A DNA stretch of 64,000 bases, taken from assembly GCA_965644295.1 (NCBI GenBank), contig CBFFRP010000412.1, positions 62,001 to 126,000 on the forward strand. The letters run 5' to 3'. The position numbers were made by a program, and so were the translations under genes. Below are positions 22,002-35,004 of the stretch, one piece after another. The notes under the pieces were generated by a model, which was given only the letters and a program-made list of their open reading frames with translations, made no database searches and had not been told where the DNA came from. Position 1 is the stretch's first letter. Every line of letters starts with the position of its first letter. The DNA comes from Paraphysomonas bandaiensis (lineage: Eukaryota > Protista > Chrysophyceae).

Positions 22002-22511
22002 ATTGAAAGTTTTATTATTAGCAATATAGGCGTTAAAAACCTGCACAAACTTAGTAGCTAGATGAATGCTAGACAAACTAGTTAGATCTCTACCTGTAAC
22101 TAATCAGTACACACTTTTTTATCCTACTATTTAACGCTACGGCACTGCTTGTGCGTCACCGCAAGCACCAAGGTGCGACCACTTCCGCTCTGAGTTCTTA
22201 AGGTGAACATCCCGGATGCTTGACTTCAGCAGGCAGCCCAATACCCCGATTACCCTTCAGGTGGGCCCTGTCCCGGATGCCTTTGAGTGGGCCCATTTTC
22301 GGATGCCTGTTTATTCGTCAGGGCCCAAAGACGTCTACACAAGTGACACTTATTGGTGTCCCTTGTACCACACAAGCATTCGGCTATGAGTGGACAGAAG
22401 AATATATGCTGACTATGTTTGCGGCTCACGTTTTAGTTACCTAGAGAGAATCTCTCCGGTACTTATCCCCCAGAACACCACGAAAAGGTGCGAGTCCGAC
22501 TTTGCTGAGGG
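22002..22511 (-). mobile_element. SINE-like retroposon, tandem copy B
   Basis: Near-identical to copy A (525-bp period); third TSD copy at 22512-22526. Confidence 0.8.
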
Positions 22512-22929
22512 CAGCCAATACTATATCATGTCATCTATCGTGTTTGATGGCATGCTGCGACAGGTTGCTCCACTCATAACCCTTTTTTCACTTCAGAACA
22601 CCTTTCCTACAGGACACTCCCGGCACATTTTCAAGTCACTATAACGTATAACCAGTTTATTGCTCATATTGACAATGAACTAAATGAATTATTATGTAAG
22701 ATAATCCTACGGGTGTTATAGTCTTTCATCAATTTTTATATTTCGTAACAACTTATAGTGTCAAATAAATACTGAAGCAAGGCGGGTTCAATTACAAATG
22801 CAATTATGATGTCCCAATATCAATAATTGACAATTAATTGAAAATCGATTAATTGATACGCAACCCTGATAATGATACTCATTACTCATCCAGTGTTTTC
22901 ATGTCTACAATAACTTACTGAATGAATAT

Positions 22930-23119
22930 ATATATTGAAAGTCATATTATTTAGCAATTGGCGTTAAATACCTGCACCAATATAGTGGCTAGTTGAATGC
23001 TAGACATACTTGTTAGACCTCTACCCATAACTAATCAGCACAAATTCCATTATCCTACTATTTAGCGGTACAGAAGCTGCTTGTGCGTCGCCGCAAGTAC
23101 CAAGGTGCGACCACTTCCG
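22930..23119 (-). mobile_element. SINE-like retroposon, 5'-truncated copy
   Basis: Retains only the 3' ~190 nt; 14-bp TSD tactgaatg(a/c)atat at 22916-22929 and 23120-23133. Confidence 0.8.
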
Positions 23120-23665
23120 TACTGAATGCATATCTGGTGTGCTTTTTCACTGGGAAAAGAGATTTTTTACTGGGGGAAGCCAACAGAAGAATATCCTAAA
23201 TTCGGTATACATTGGAATAAAGGATACACAGTCTGACAAGAGTCCCCGCACTTTCCTCCATATGTTATGTCTCACTTTTTCGGAAAAGCTCAAGAAGTAT
23301 GCAGATCGGTGAATTCCTATAGATCAACGAAATTCGAAAAACACAACGGGATGGCTATGATAGTAGGGCAGACCAGGGAACGTATAAATTGAATAAAAGT
23401 TATGTGAATGAATTATACTCTAATATAAATATTGAAGAGAGAACAGCACATATGGTGAGATCGACTGCAACCTTTCCCACCTTTTTACGAAGTTGAATCG
23501 TCGTTCCCCTCTGTGGGACTATGTTTATTAGGACTGGGAGCCCTTCAGACTACTAGCTACTAGTATATTTATGTCGGAATAAAACGTATTCGTAACTATG
23601 CTGATAAGATACTTTAATTCTTCTCACGTACATAGTAAACTGGCAAACCAATCGAACAATACGAC

Positions 23666-25065
23666 TCACTGTGAATGGCGATATGTCTCTATTTGTTTCA
23701 TGCTCCAAGCATAGAGACATTCCGCTAGATTTTCATCCCTTGCTGCGCTACTAGGAGTAGATGTATGAACTCCGTAGGTGCAGTGTTGGAAGGTCATCAC
23801 CCACGGCACTGCAATGGAAGCCATAAATATAGACCGCAGGCCGCAGAGCACAGCCAAATCAAATATAGTCCTCCCAAGAAGGCTATCAGTCCAAAAATCA
23901 TAAAAATTTGTGATAAATTCGCCACCGAGTATGCTTTCACTAAACAAGGCGTGCATTACACACAAAACGGATGCCTCACATGAGAAGAATCGGGCTGCCA
24001 GAAACTTCCCTATAGGACCCTTGGGAACCATGTTGCTGCCCACAAATCCCGGGCATACTGAGACTACCTGCGACGAATATGCGGCGTAGGGTGAGAACAT
24101 GAGATATGAACTCGTAAAAATCGTAAAAATAGAAGCTTTAAACTACAAAATAAGTAAATAATATAATAACCTCCTACCTTAAGATTGGGAGGGCGGCAAT
24201 GTGCCTCTGAGTTGATAATTCGCTGCAGCTGGGTAGCGTGTAGAATCTGTGCTAGCTTATTGTTTCCGTAAGAATTTACCCAGTGAGAGAGTGTGTATAC
24301 ATCACTTCTGGAGGCAATTGGAGGGGAAGTCCCATCGGTACGGAGCTCCGAACCATCCACCTGGTAGTGGGCGCTGCTGGCTACTTGCACAATGCGCGCG
24401 TCATTCGATTTCTTCAGCAAAGGGAGCAGCAGTTCCGTCAGCAGAAAATGACCAAGGTAATTAGTTGCAAATGCCAGATCGTATCCCTGTTTGCTGCGGA
24501 GAGGATTATCAGGACAGGTTCCAACTTTCTCGGTGAGGTACAAAATACCAGCATTATTCACTAAGTAGGTCAGTGTATTGTGTTTCGCACGGTACCATGT
24601 CGCAAACTCAATTACACTATCAAAATCACTAGTATCTAACATTTTATATTCAATCGAAGCTTTCGAATTAGGATACAATGCCTTAATATTTCTTATGGTC
24701 CGTTGGCACTTGTCTGTAGATCTCGAGGCGATTACGATGTGAACACCTAACTGGGGGTATTCTCATTAGAGAGTCACGATCAAATACAATACAATAATTA
24801 CTCGGTAAAGCTCTTTTGCAATTTGCTCACCAATTCCAGAGGTTGACCCTGTAATAACAGCAAATTGGTGTCCCGTAGAATTTTTCGAGGCGATGTGAAA
24901 CAATTTGTCGACGACATCTATTGGATACACTGCCGCTTTTTTACAAAATATCAGATAGGCTACATACGTTGCGACAGCAGTAGCAGCGATGCCGCAATAC
25001 GGAATGGTTTCAGAAATTAAGTCCATGCCAAGCTCTGCCAACAACATCACAATTTTGAGGTGCAT
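23666..25065 (-). CDS. Short-chain dehydrogenase/reductase (retinol dehydrogenase-like), spliced
   Basis: VITGSTSGIG, LVNNAG, NYLGHF and YGNNK (YxxxK) motifs across three ORF pieces separated by GT-AG introns. Confidence 0.9.
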
Positions 25066-25346
25066 CGTTAATAAGAGCCTCAACTGTATTCTGTATTCCG
25101 CTCCATAGATAGAAAGGTATGTATGTATGTATGTATGTATGATGTATTTCGCTACGAAGCTAGGCACACCTGCGGTATCTACGTACAGTACTGTATGTAC
25201 AGTACCGGAGTAGCTAGATATCTAACAATACTGATAATACTGCCTGCATATTTTCTTCCGTAGAAATGTGAATCAACAGTGTCATCAAATAACAGATCGG
25301 CTTCAATCTGTCCTCAGACTCCCTTAAGAATTTTGACTGTTTGAAC

Positions 25347-26576
25347 ATGCGTGTTGTAGTGTCATTTTGCTTCATTCTCTTCGGTATTTGTAATGCTTTC
25401 CCGCCACCGAAGACGTGTCAGATCTCGGACAGTGACCCCGAACCTGATTGGAATTCTATCCCCAAAGCGACTGTGAATTTGGACTTAAATCCATATGACC
25501 GCTGGACGGATCTGGCCACAGAGTACAAGACCGAAATTTCGAATATGGTTAATGAGTTCGTGGAACATCTGAGTAAGTTTCCGGGAAACAGGTGGGAACA
25601 ATTTTTACTGTACATGGAAGCTAATCAAGATATGTTGCTTGACCGCATGCCAAATGGGTACGGGGATGAAATCCGAGGTATCCAAGCGGCTACAGAACTT
25701 AGTATGTCTTCATTGCTTGCGTTTAATCTTGGTTATGAAATCATGGGAGCATGTACTTCTGTCACTGCACAGGATGCGTCGGGTCATATGTACCATGGCC
25801 GAAACCTAGATTTTGGGCTATTTTTAGGTTCCAATTCTTCATCAGGACCAAATGAGAATTTCCAATGGACCAATACCGACTTACTCAGGCATACAACTGT
25901 TATCACAGACTTTGTTCGCGATGGCAATGTGTTGTATTCGTCCGTTACATACGTAGGTTATGTTGGCCTACTAACTGGAGTCCGTAAGGGCGGAGTCACA
26001 GTCACTGTGAACACTCGTTTCGATGATAATTATGACCAATTTTTAAAAGCCTGGCTTCATGACCCCTCCGATACGGCGTCGCTTCTTGCTCAAGCTCTCC
26101 GCTCTCAGATTGAAAACGACTCCATTGGTACAGACTTCGAGACATACTGCGACGAGATTGCTGCTACTCGCCTGGTTGGTCCGGCATATGCAATTATTGG
26201 AGGGCCCATGGCAGGACAAGGTGTTGTGCTTACAATTCAACCCAATGCGACGGTTCCCGTGGATTCTTGGCGCATTACGGACCCTGATGCCTTGCCCGCA
26301 ACCGCACCAGAATCAGAGAAGTTCTATGTGCTACAAACTAACTACGATCACTGGGAGGAGCCGCCAAAAATTGACGATCGCGAAAGTGCCGCTTATGATT
26401 GTATGGATAACTACATTGGAGTGAATGGTGTATCCAAAGAAAGTATCTACGATATGCTTGCTGCCATGCCGAATCGCAATCGTCTTACTACGTACACTGC
26501 CGTAATGGACTGTGCAGAGGGAACAGTTGAAGCCACACTTCAATATTGCTACGAGAATTCATGCTCACCGTGGTAA
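25347..26576 (+). CDS. Acid ceramidase / NAAA-like Ntn-hydrolase precursor
   Basis: Signal peptide, autocleavage-site ACTS, HGRNLDF, LQTNYDHW; intronless ORF. Confidence 0.92.
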   Translation: MRVVVSFCFILFGICNAFPPPKTCQISDSDPEPDWNSIPKATVNLDLNPYDRWTDLATEYKTEISNMVNEFVEHLSKFPGNRWEQFLLYMEANQDMLLDRMPNGYGDEIRGIQAATELSMSSLLAFNLGYEIMGACTSVTAQDASGHMYHGRNLDFGLFLGSNSSSGPNENFQWTNTDLLRHTTVITDFVRDGNVLYSSVTYVGYVGLLTGVRKGGVTVTVNTRFDDNYDQFLKAWLHDPSDTASLLAQALRSQIENDSIGTDFETYCDEIAATRLVGPAYAIIGGPMAGQGVVLTIQPNATVPVDSWRITDPDALPATAPESEKFYVLQTNYDHWEEPPKIDDRESAAYDCMDNYIGVNGVSKESIYDMLAAMPNRNRLTTYTAVMDCAEGTVEATLQYCYENSCSPW

Positions 26577-26829
26577 ACTGTCGCAGATTGTAGTCTATGA
26601 CTGAAAACTTTTATTACCTCGGATTGGCGTCTTTCCAGTACGAAAGGATATGTTGTAACCATATGAATTACCAGGAAATAAATTATGCAGTGCGCCATTG
26701 AATAACAGTATGATAAATAATATCAACTTCTATTAGTAATTAATGTGCTGCTGTTTTGTTGCAATTTCGAAGAAAGTTAGCTAAACACATAACCCACCAC
26801 TCAATCAATCAATTATAACTCCCACATTG

Positions 26830-29800
26830 TATTAGGAATCATTGATTCACGTATATCTCTTAACGCGTGAATACAACACACGTATACAATGAAATACCAA
26901 ATAGACTGAATAATTACCAAACTATACATGAAACGCGACTGTACAAGATACGCACATACGCACACGTGTGGTGCTAACGCTCTGCTCAAACATGTCTTGC
27001 TATTATACTATTAGGCCTTATCGTTCAATCTTTATCTCTAATAATATCAAGTATATTCTTACTAAATATCAAGACTAACCTTAAATCTTATTTTGGAAGC
27101 GGATGAGTTCTAAGACTAACAGTTACGATAACTCCGACTCCGACTCATTGGACAAGAGGAAGGATTCCATGCCACCCTTCGACGCCAAGAACTTCTCAAA
27201 ATGGCAGAAGAAAAGTAGAGCCTGGTTCTTTCTAAAGCCCAAGATAGTATACATCCTAAGAAACGATGCGCCAGAGGAGCCTATACGTCAAGAGGAAGAA
27301 ACAGAAGAGGACTACCTATATACAAGAAAAACGCCTACGACGAAAATATGCAGTATTTCGAGGAGGGCAACAATTACCTATGGTCACTTCTATCCAGCGC
27401 GGTGATTGGCCAAAACGAGGAAGCAGAGGGTATTATCGAAACAGTCCCTGAAGGAGATGGAAAAAGGGCATGGTCAGAGATCGAAAAGCATTTCAAAGAC
27501 AAGACCTCAAATGATACGATAACCGACCTCATTGGCCAACTGCAATCAATCAAAATCAAGCAAGCTCAAACAATCAATCAATTCCTGGACGAAGTCGAAA
27601 AATTGCGATTAAAGCTCGCTACACATGGCCACAAAGTCTCTGAACAAGACCTCATTTCAAGAATACGACAAGGAATGGTCTCAAATGAGAACCAGACCTA
27701 TAAGGACCTGGCAATCAACCTCCAAATGAACCCAATTGATGATTATAAAACGCTGATAAGAAGATTGAGAGCATTCGAGCATTCCACTGTAGGCTCCCTA
27801 CTATCACAAAATACGTAAACCAAACGGGATAGCGTAAACTACAGCTCAACAGGCAAACAGCCGTTTAACCCCCGTCTACCGAAAAAGCAAAAGCACAACG
27901 GGCAGCGAAATCCAACAAGACACAAGAAATTCAACAAGTCCAGCAGAGCTACAAGTGCAAAGTCGCGCGAAGTTAAGTGCTTCAGATGCAATGGATCCAA
28001 CCACATTGCAGCAGAGTGCAAGCACTCGTGGGAACACATACAACAGATGCAGAAGTCCACAAACAAACGAAACGACGACAAAAGAGGGAAAGGGCATCAC
28101 TCCAAGAACACATCATCAAAATACCCAAGAAACAGTCATCGGGATTCGAACTTAAGACTGGAAGACTATGACGATGAGGGGCCAAACGATGACAATGACT
28201 ACAGTGCATTCTCTGGGATGATCACAGACAATCACGTCCTACATACGGAACACGAGAAGCAGGACTTCGGCATTCTAGACTCTGGCTGCACAATATCAAT
28301 TACAGCAGCACGAAGCTTACTCTCCGAATTCACCTATGACCAAACCACCATTTACACCGCCAAATCAGGATCAGAAATGCAGGCATTGGGATACGGCAAG
28401 CTTGGACTGATCAGAAAGTGCAAGTTAGTTCCAGATGCGTCAAAGACTTTAATTTCTATCAGCCAGTTGACAACAGACGCCGACTGCAACATAGTATTCG
28501 GACCAAACGAGGCACGCATATACCACGATGGAATTTTGTTAACCACAGCCAGGATACAAAACAGTCTATACGAGGTCAAATTATCCGATTTAGGTTACAT
28601 CCAAGACCAGTGCAACTTGGCATCTACATCCAGCGGTTCCTCGATTTCCCTGCTGGCACATCGAAGGTTGACCCATGCATCCATTGGCTTAATTCAAAAA
28701 GCACTAAAGTTGAATCTTGTAAAAGGAATCACCATTTTTCAAAATCCGACCTGAGCTCGCCACAGCTACCAGAAGGCCTTTGTGATGGCTGCGCACAAGG
28801 CAAGGCTCACAGGAGGAAACATAGGCGCGAGACAAGGCAAATGATACCGACAAAAACCAGAAGATCGCAGGAGCTTGGAGGACTTATAGCAGTTGATTTT
28901 ACTGGACCATTTTCACCTCCAGCAATAGTCACACAGGAAACACCGTAGTCTTCGGAGCTACCGATGCAGCTTCAAGATACAGTTGGACATTCTATGGAAA
29001 ACACAGAACCGAGGATTTTGTCATTGAGTGCATTCAGAAAATTGTGGATTATCTGCATTCGAAAGGCAAACGGCTAATACACTATTATCATGCTGATGGT
29101 GGCCGTGAGCTAGTATCACATCGTGTACTGAACTTGCTGAGAAAATTAGGATCAACCTGGACCTTCAACGCTCCATACACGCCTGAAGACAACCCCATTC
29201 AAGAACGACCATGGCGCACGACCAAGGAAAGAACGCTTGCATCCATTTGCAACTCAGGCCTACCACCCAACTTTTGGGAACAGGCCATGTCCACCGTCAC
29301 GCATGTGAAAAATCGCCTGCCATGCGCCACTGCAAAGGGATTCATATCACCGTATCAGTTCATCCACGACGAGACCCCCAATTTATCTTACGCCAGGATT
29401 TGGGGCTGCAAGTGCTATACATTCATAGACAAGTCTCAGAGAAGAAACGATTGGTCTCCACACAGCCATATTGGGTACACTTCATGGGATACCGAGAGGA
29501 TGAACCAGGGTACGTCATATATGTACCTTCACTCAAGGACTTTGTTATCTCAAGTCACGTCTTTTTCAATGAGTGCATCCCCGACGTCAATGAAAACTAT
29601 TACGCTGAAATCGAATCATCACTGAGAGAAGAAAAATCAGAGAATCGAACAACCGAGAGCTTCCAATACCTCGTTGGAATGACCCACACAGATCCACAGG
29701 ATGGCCTCCAATACATCACGACAAGAATCACAGTCATCAAAGGCCACGTGGCTGCTTACAGAGGATTGGCCCCACGAGAAAATGAAGGGCGGGTCATCGA

Positions 29801-32444
29801 GTTGAATGACCCAATACACGCTGCGGACATCGCAAGATACACCGCCGAGCACTTCAGTTATCAGAATGCGGTATCACCCCCGCAAGAGAAACCAGGATGC
29901 CCCGTGGAAGGAACAGCTACAGGGAGGAGCAGTTCAACCGATAGCCGTCATGATGCCACACGGGGCGGGAGTCACAGCCATTTGAGAGGACCCTACTCAA
30001 ATGAAAAGGAGGCAAGGCCTCGCCGCACAGCAGAAGCTCAGCGGAATACAGTGCCGAAGGAGGCACGGGGTGACAACAAGTGTGATCACCCTGCTCGTAA
30101 GGTCAAACGAGCTATCAAGACTGTGAATTCCCAGGGTGACAGGAGCCGGCAAAGCCCGAATGGCACAATTACGGGTGTAAGGACACCCCACCGTCACAAG
30201 GTAAGCCGTTGCGTAAAGAAAAGTCTCCACAGCAAGAGGCAGACTAGAAAAAGGGTAATCATGAATGTACACAAATTCGGTGACAATATATACCACTGTG
30301 ATGTTGATAAACGATATCTGTACAACCACAAAACACCTGATAAACATGATAGTTACAGAACATTATACATGAATGATGTTGACATCATTATGCATGCAAA
30401 TGACACATGTAGCAATGATGTACCTAACACACCTAACAATGTTGGTGAGGCACTATCAGGAAGGTACAAGGAACAATGGCTGAGAGCCATCAACAAAGAA
30501 ATCAAGTCTCTAGAGAGCAAAAAGGCTGTTGGAGGATAACGACACCACCAGCAAATTCCAACATCATACGGGGAAAATTCGTGTTTAGGGTAAAGGTCAA
30601 GCGAGATGAGGTTACCTTCAAGGCGAGGTTAGTGGCTCAAGGTTTCTCCCAGGTCGAGGGTAAAGACTACAACGAAACATCAATGAGAACAGTCATAGCA
30701 CTAGCAACTATACTTGGGTTGGAGCTTCACCAGGTAGATTTCTCCACTGCTTACATCAATGCAGACCTCCAAAAGGAAATTTACATGTATCCACCCGCTG
30801 GTCTCAATGTTTCAAACGGTAAAGTCCTCAGACTTCTAAAGAGTATATACGCAAACAGTCCGGGTTAAATTGGTATAAATGTTGTACTAATTATTTGTTA
30901 GACTGTGGTTTTACCAGATTGGTGTCCGACCCGTGCATATTCACGAAATCAATCAATGGTCGACCCATAATTCTGGCAGTTTACGTCGATGACATCATTA
31001 TCGCCGCTAAAAGTAGGACTGACATCATCCAAATCAAGAAATCGTTAGCTGAAAAATTCGACATTCATGATCTCGGCCTCCTAGATTACTACCTCGGCAT
31101 ATTCGTCAAACAGGATATATACAGAATCGAACTACACGATACTAAAAATCAATCTCAATACATACGGATTCAACATGGAAGATTGCAAGCCACGTAGTCA
31201 CCCCATGACAACAAATTTTCATATAGACATTCTCGAAAAGAAACAACTATCCCAAGAAAATCAAGAATTTGTCCAAAATTTTCCTTACAAGGAGCTCATA
31301 GGTTCACTTAAGTATATTGCTGTGTGCACTAGACCTGATATTGCATATGCTGTAAACACCCTTGCTCGTTTCAGTACTAATCCAAATCTAACTACATCCA
31401 AAGCCGCATTAAACATACTTAGGTACCTCAAGGTCTACAGCAGTACTCCGGGAAGTCTGTTACCTTAACTGGATTCGCTGACAGTGATTGGGCACGCTGC
31501 AACTTAACTCGCAGGTCGACCACAGCGTTTTGCTTCTTTATTGGAAATTGTCTCATTTCCTGGCAATCACGACTCCAGACCACTGTAGCTCTATCCTCTA
31601 CAGAAGCGGAGTACATGGCACTATCAAGCTATTTGGCTACGGTCACTACTCTCGGAATTGGGCTTCCACATGCCATACTCAACAACCATATGGTGTGACA
31701 ACAAAGGTGCAATTCAACTATGCCTAAACCCCGTACACCACCGACGAATAAAACATATTGCCATCAGATATCACTTTATAAGAGAACAAGTCGCATCGCA
31801 CTCTATTATTGTTGACTACATGCCTACAAACGAGATGCTGGCCGACATTCTAACTAAACCCCTCACATCAAACACGTTCCACAGATTGAGGGATTCACTA
31901 ATGGGGGGGGAGGTATCAACATACCTGCTAGCAATAAGAGAACAAAAGTATCTTAGCTCTATCCCACCGGCAGAGAACTCAACCAAGAGACCACGATGGA
32001 TGACTTAGAGATCTACGGAGTTTCCCACGAGTATGCTGTATGTTGACATCAGTGTAATCCACAATCTGTGATTGCACTCGTGGGTTTTACCCTCAGTAGA
32101 ACTATCTCCAAAATATACACCTATATTCATATATCTATGTATACGTCATATTATGATTATTTCATTGAGGGGGAGTATTAGGAATCATTGATTCACGTAT
32201 ATCTCTTAACGCGTGAATACAACACACGTATATACAATGAAATACCAAATAGACAGAATAATTACCAAACTATACATGATACGCGACTGTACAAGATACG
32301 CACATACGCACACACGTGTGGTGCTAACGCTCTGCTCAAACATGTCTTGCTATTATACTATTAGGCCTTATCGTTCAATCTTTTTATCTCTAATAATATC
32401 AAGTATATTCTTACTAAATATCAAGACTAACCTTAATCTTATTT
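26830..32444 (+). mobile_element. Ty1/Copia LTR retrotransposon, full length, coding region disrupted
   Basis: LTRs 26830-27093 and 32176-32444. 5-bp TSD CATTG. PBS-like tggaagcggatg at 27094. PPT gagggggag at 32167-32175. Confidence 0.95.
27103..32008 (+). pseudogene. Copia gag-pol pseudogene (Gag, CCHC knuckle, PR, IN, RT, RNase H)
   Basis: CFRCNGSNHIAAEC, ILDSGC, HADGGRE, KARLVAQG, YVDD, WCDNKGA and ADILTK in Copia order, across several frames, with a premature stop at 27816-27818. Confidence 0.93.
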
Positions 32445-32723
32445 CATTGAATTCATATAATACCGTCTTTAACAGTGTATTTCATATTTAAATTCTTGAA
32501 CTATAGCATTGAATTGCTCAACTATAAGAAACACCTCACAAAGTGGTCAAATTAAAAGCTATTCTGATAAGCAGGGTAATAGTATTAAAATTTAATGTTG
32601 GTTTTTAGAACATAACATAGGTATATCCGCAAAAAAAACATTCTGAAATTTAGTTGTAGTTTATTTTATTTTAGGTTTTTGTTATATAATATAGTGTGCT
32701 ATATTCAAATCCTGAGTAATCCC

Positions 32724-32951
32724 TATCATTTTATTATAACTATATTTAACCACAAGCAAGAAGGAGGCTCTTTAACCTGATACCATACAGAATGATGTGT
32801 GTATGATATAGGGCAGAATGATGCGTATCCTGATATTTATCATTTTATTATAACTATATTTTTAACCACAAGCAAGAAGGAGGCTCTTTAACCTGATACC
32901 ATACAGAATGATGTGTGTATGATATAGGGCAGACTGATACGTATCCTGATA
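32724..32951. repeat. Tandem duplication of ~112-114 bp
   Basis: tatcattttattataac...cgtatcctgata occurs at ~32724-32834 and ~32838-32951. Confidence 0.9.
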
Positions 32952-33417
32952 AGCACGACATGACCCAAACCCGAAAAGAACTGGGTGCCACTGCTCCTAA
33001 CCACCTATATACAGCATAAGATAATATTATGGCATTTGTAATCTCCTGTAATATTCTTGAACTTGTTTGAAGTTCTGGTTATGAAGTTAGAAACATATAG
33101 TAACATAATATTTAATATATATATTCAATAATTATTAAAATAAACTTGTGATCAACATCACTTGTCATTCACTGTCAATCGCCAAAACTTCATGTTGTAT
33201 CAACTACCACAACCATTTCATACAATCTTAGATACAACGATCTTAACGAGCAATCTATTTCAGTGACACCACTATGATACAGTCAGTATAAGGGTTAGTA
33301 TACACTTTAACCTTTTAGTACGAAAGAGAGTAATATAGCATGTCAAAGATCGTCGGCAAAGTACAAACTGAGCACCTCCACAACAATCATCTAGAGACAT
33401 AGCATATAAGGTGATTA

Positions 33418-34480
33418 AGTCGACGTGATGCCCAAACCTGGTAAAGTGATTTTACCAGGTTTTGTTGGTGGATAATAGTAGATACTAAAAGTAACGTTGT
33501 TATGTTTAAACAATTACAAGTGTGTGTTGTCAACGCAATTATTATTAACTTAAACTGCTATAAGTGTTAAATTTATACAGAAGTACATAAAAAGAGCAGT
33601 ACAAGTTAACAATAAGCGACGAGAGTAGAAGAAACGACGACTGGATGATGTTCATGTAGAATATCAGCTGGTGGAAGAGGTGCAGATGGTGCAAGTGCAG
33701 GCGGATTCGGTTTATTCTCTTCATCTCCTCCTGCATAGCCATACACATCACCCGTGATTCCTCTAGTTTCATTTGAAGTGCATGATGCATCCAGTATGGG
33801 CTCACTGGAAGCAGAAGTGACAACACATAATAATTAGATACTATATTACTTTAAATATATTACTATAAATGAAACGCAGTATTGTTTCTCTAGCTACTTA
33901 CGACAGGTTAAATGCTTACATGAAATGCCTTTGAAGCAAAGCTTTCGTAGTGGCAGTCCTTTCTTCTGCAGCATGCAATCTACGCATTCAATCATTCTGA
34001 TATTGTACTGTACACATATATATACATAAAAGAAGTGGAATATATGAGATCGTGTATCGTGATACATACCAGCAGTAGGTGTATTGTTGGCAACCCCAAG
34101 GAGGTGCAGATGGCTCCGATCGGCAACATCAAGAAGTACTACCGAAGGCGCAGGAGGATCGATCACACCAGGAGGAGCGGCTGAATGTTGAGGTGGGATC
34201 AAAGCAGGGGAGTAGGAAGTGTTCTATCTGGAAGATGCCATACTAAGAGTGTCATCTGAGAGTGGTATCGGTACCACTACTATGTATAATGTAACCGTTG
34301 CATTCTCACTTTTTTGACCTGTAACTAATATAAAACTTATTAAATGTCTCTAAAAACATGTTCTCTTTACACCTACTACATTATTAATTGCAAAACGCAA
34401 CAAAACTTTAACTAAAATCAACATTTTCAAAATTTCACCAGGTTTCGACCGCTTTACCAGGTTTGGGCATCACATCGACT
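33418..34480. mobile_element. Non-autonomous TIR DNA transposon flanked by TA (Tc1/mariner-type target, superfamily unconfirmed)
   Basis: 29-bp TIR agtcga(c/t)gtgatgcccaaacctggtaaag, with TA on both sides. Confidence 0.82.
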
Positions 34481-35004
34481 TATTGCAGATATCTAACTGC
34501 TTCGAAATACTCAAGTACAGTAGTGTATCCGATAGATACCACTATCAGAGGAAGAGAAGTATGTGTGTGTGCAAGAATACACTCATACAGAGAAACCGTA
34601 GTGTGAACAACAATAATAGAGACTAGAATGTTTACCACATTATTATTTTATTCAATGGGATGGCATCGTATGTACAAATTTCACAACTACTTTTTTTGAA
34701 CTAAAAGTGGAACAACCAAACGGTAGGTTTGTAAATGGCAGTATGCAGAGAGTGTCCAGTCTGGAAGGGCCTATTCACGCAAAAGAATGGATTAGGGTGG
34801 ATGCAATTCTCAAAACCACGCCAAGTCCCATGCGGGTTGGAGTGACAACGTTCAAGCTGCATTAACTGGAAGTGGTTCTTTAGATGATGGTTATGTCTAG
34901 CGATAGGTGTCGCGTTATGCCTAGGACATGCATCAAATGTTATGTTCAGCTGAAAAAAACACGCATCAAACTGCCAACACGATATCGTTGCATTTGTGTA
35001 GCAC

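Larger units (their letters stand above)
21177..22868. mobile_element. Non-autonomous hAT-like DNA transposon (hosts the tandem SINE)
   Basis: Imperfect TIRs cagggcagcgcatcaattaattga / revcomp cagggttgcgtatcaattaatcga; 8-bp TSD ttaatgat/ataatgat (7/8). Confidence 0.78.

Noticed and set aside
21695-22444. Duplicated short ORFs MTSAGSPIPR...
   Set aside because: Start at TTG, lie antisense within the SINE, and the frame is not preserved among copies.
21462-22526. Thrice-repeated 15-18-mer as a CRISPR array, or the element as an omega/tracr-like guide RNA
   Set aside because: The spacers are identical 510-bp units, no Cas/TnpB/Fanzor/IscB ORF was seen in the window, and the repeats are explained as TSDs.
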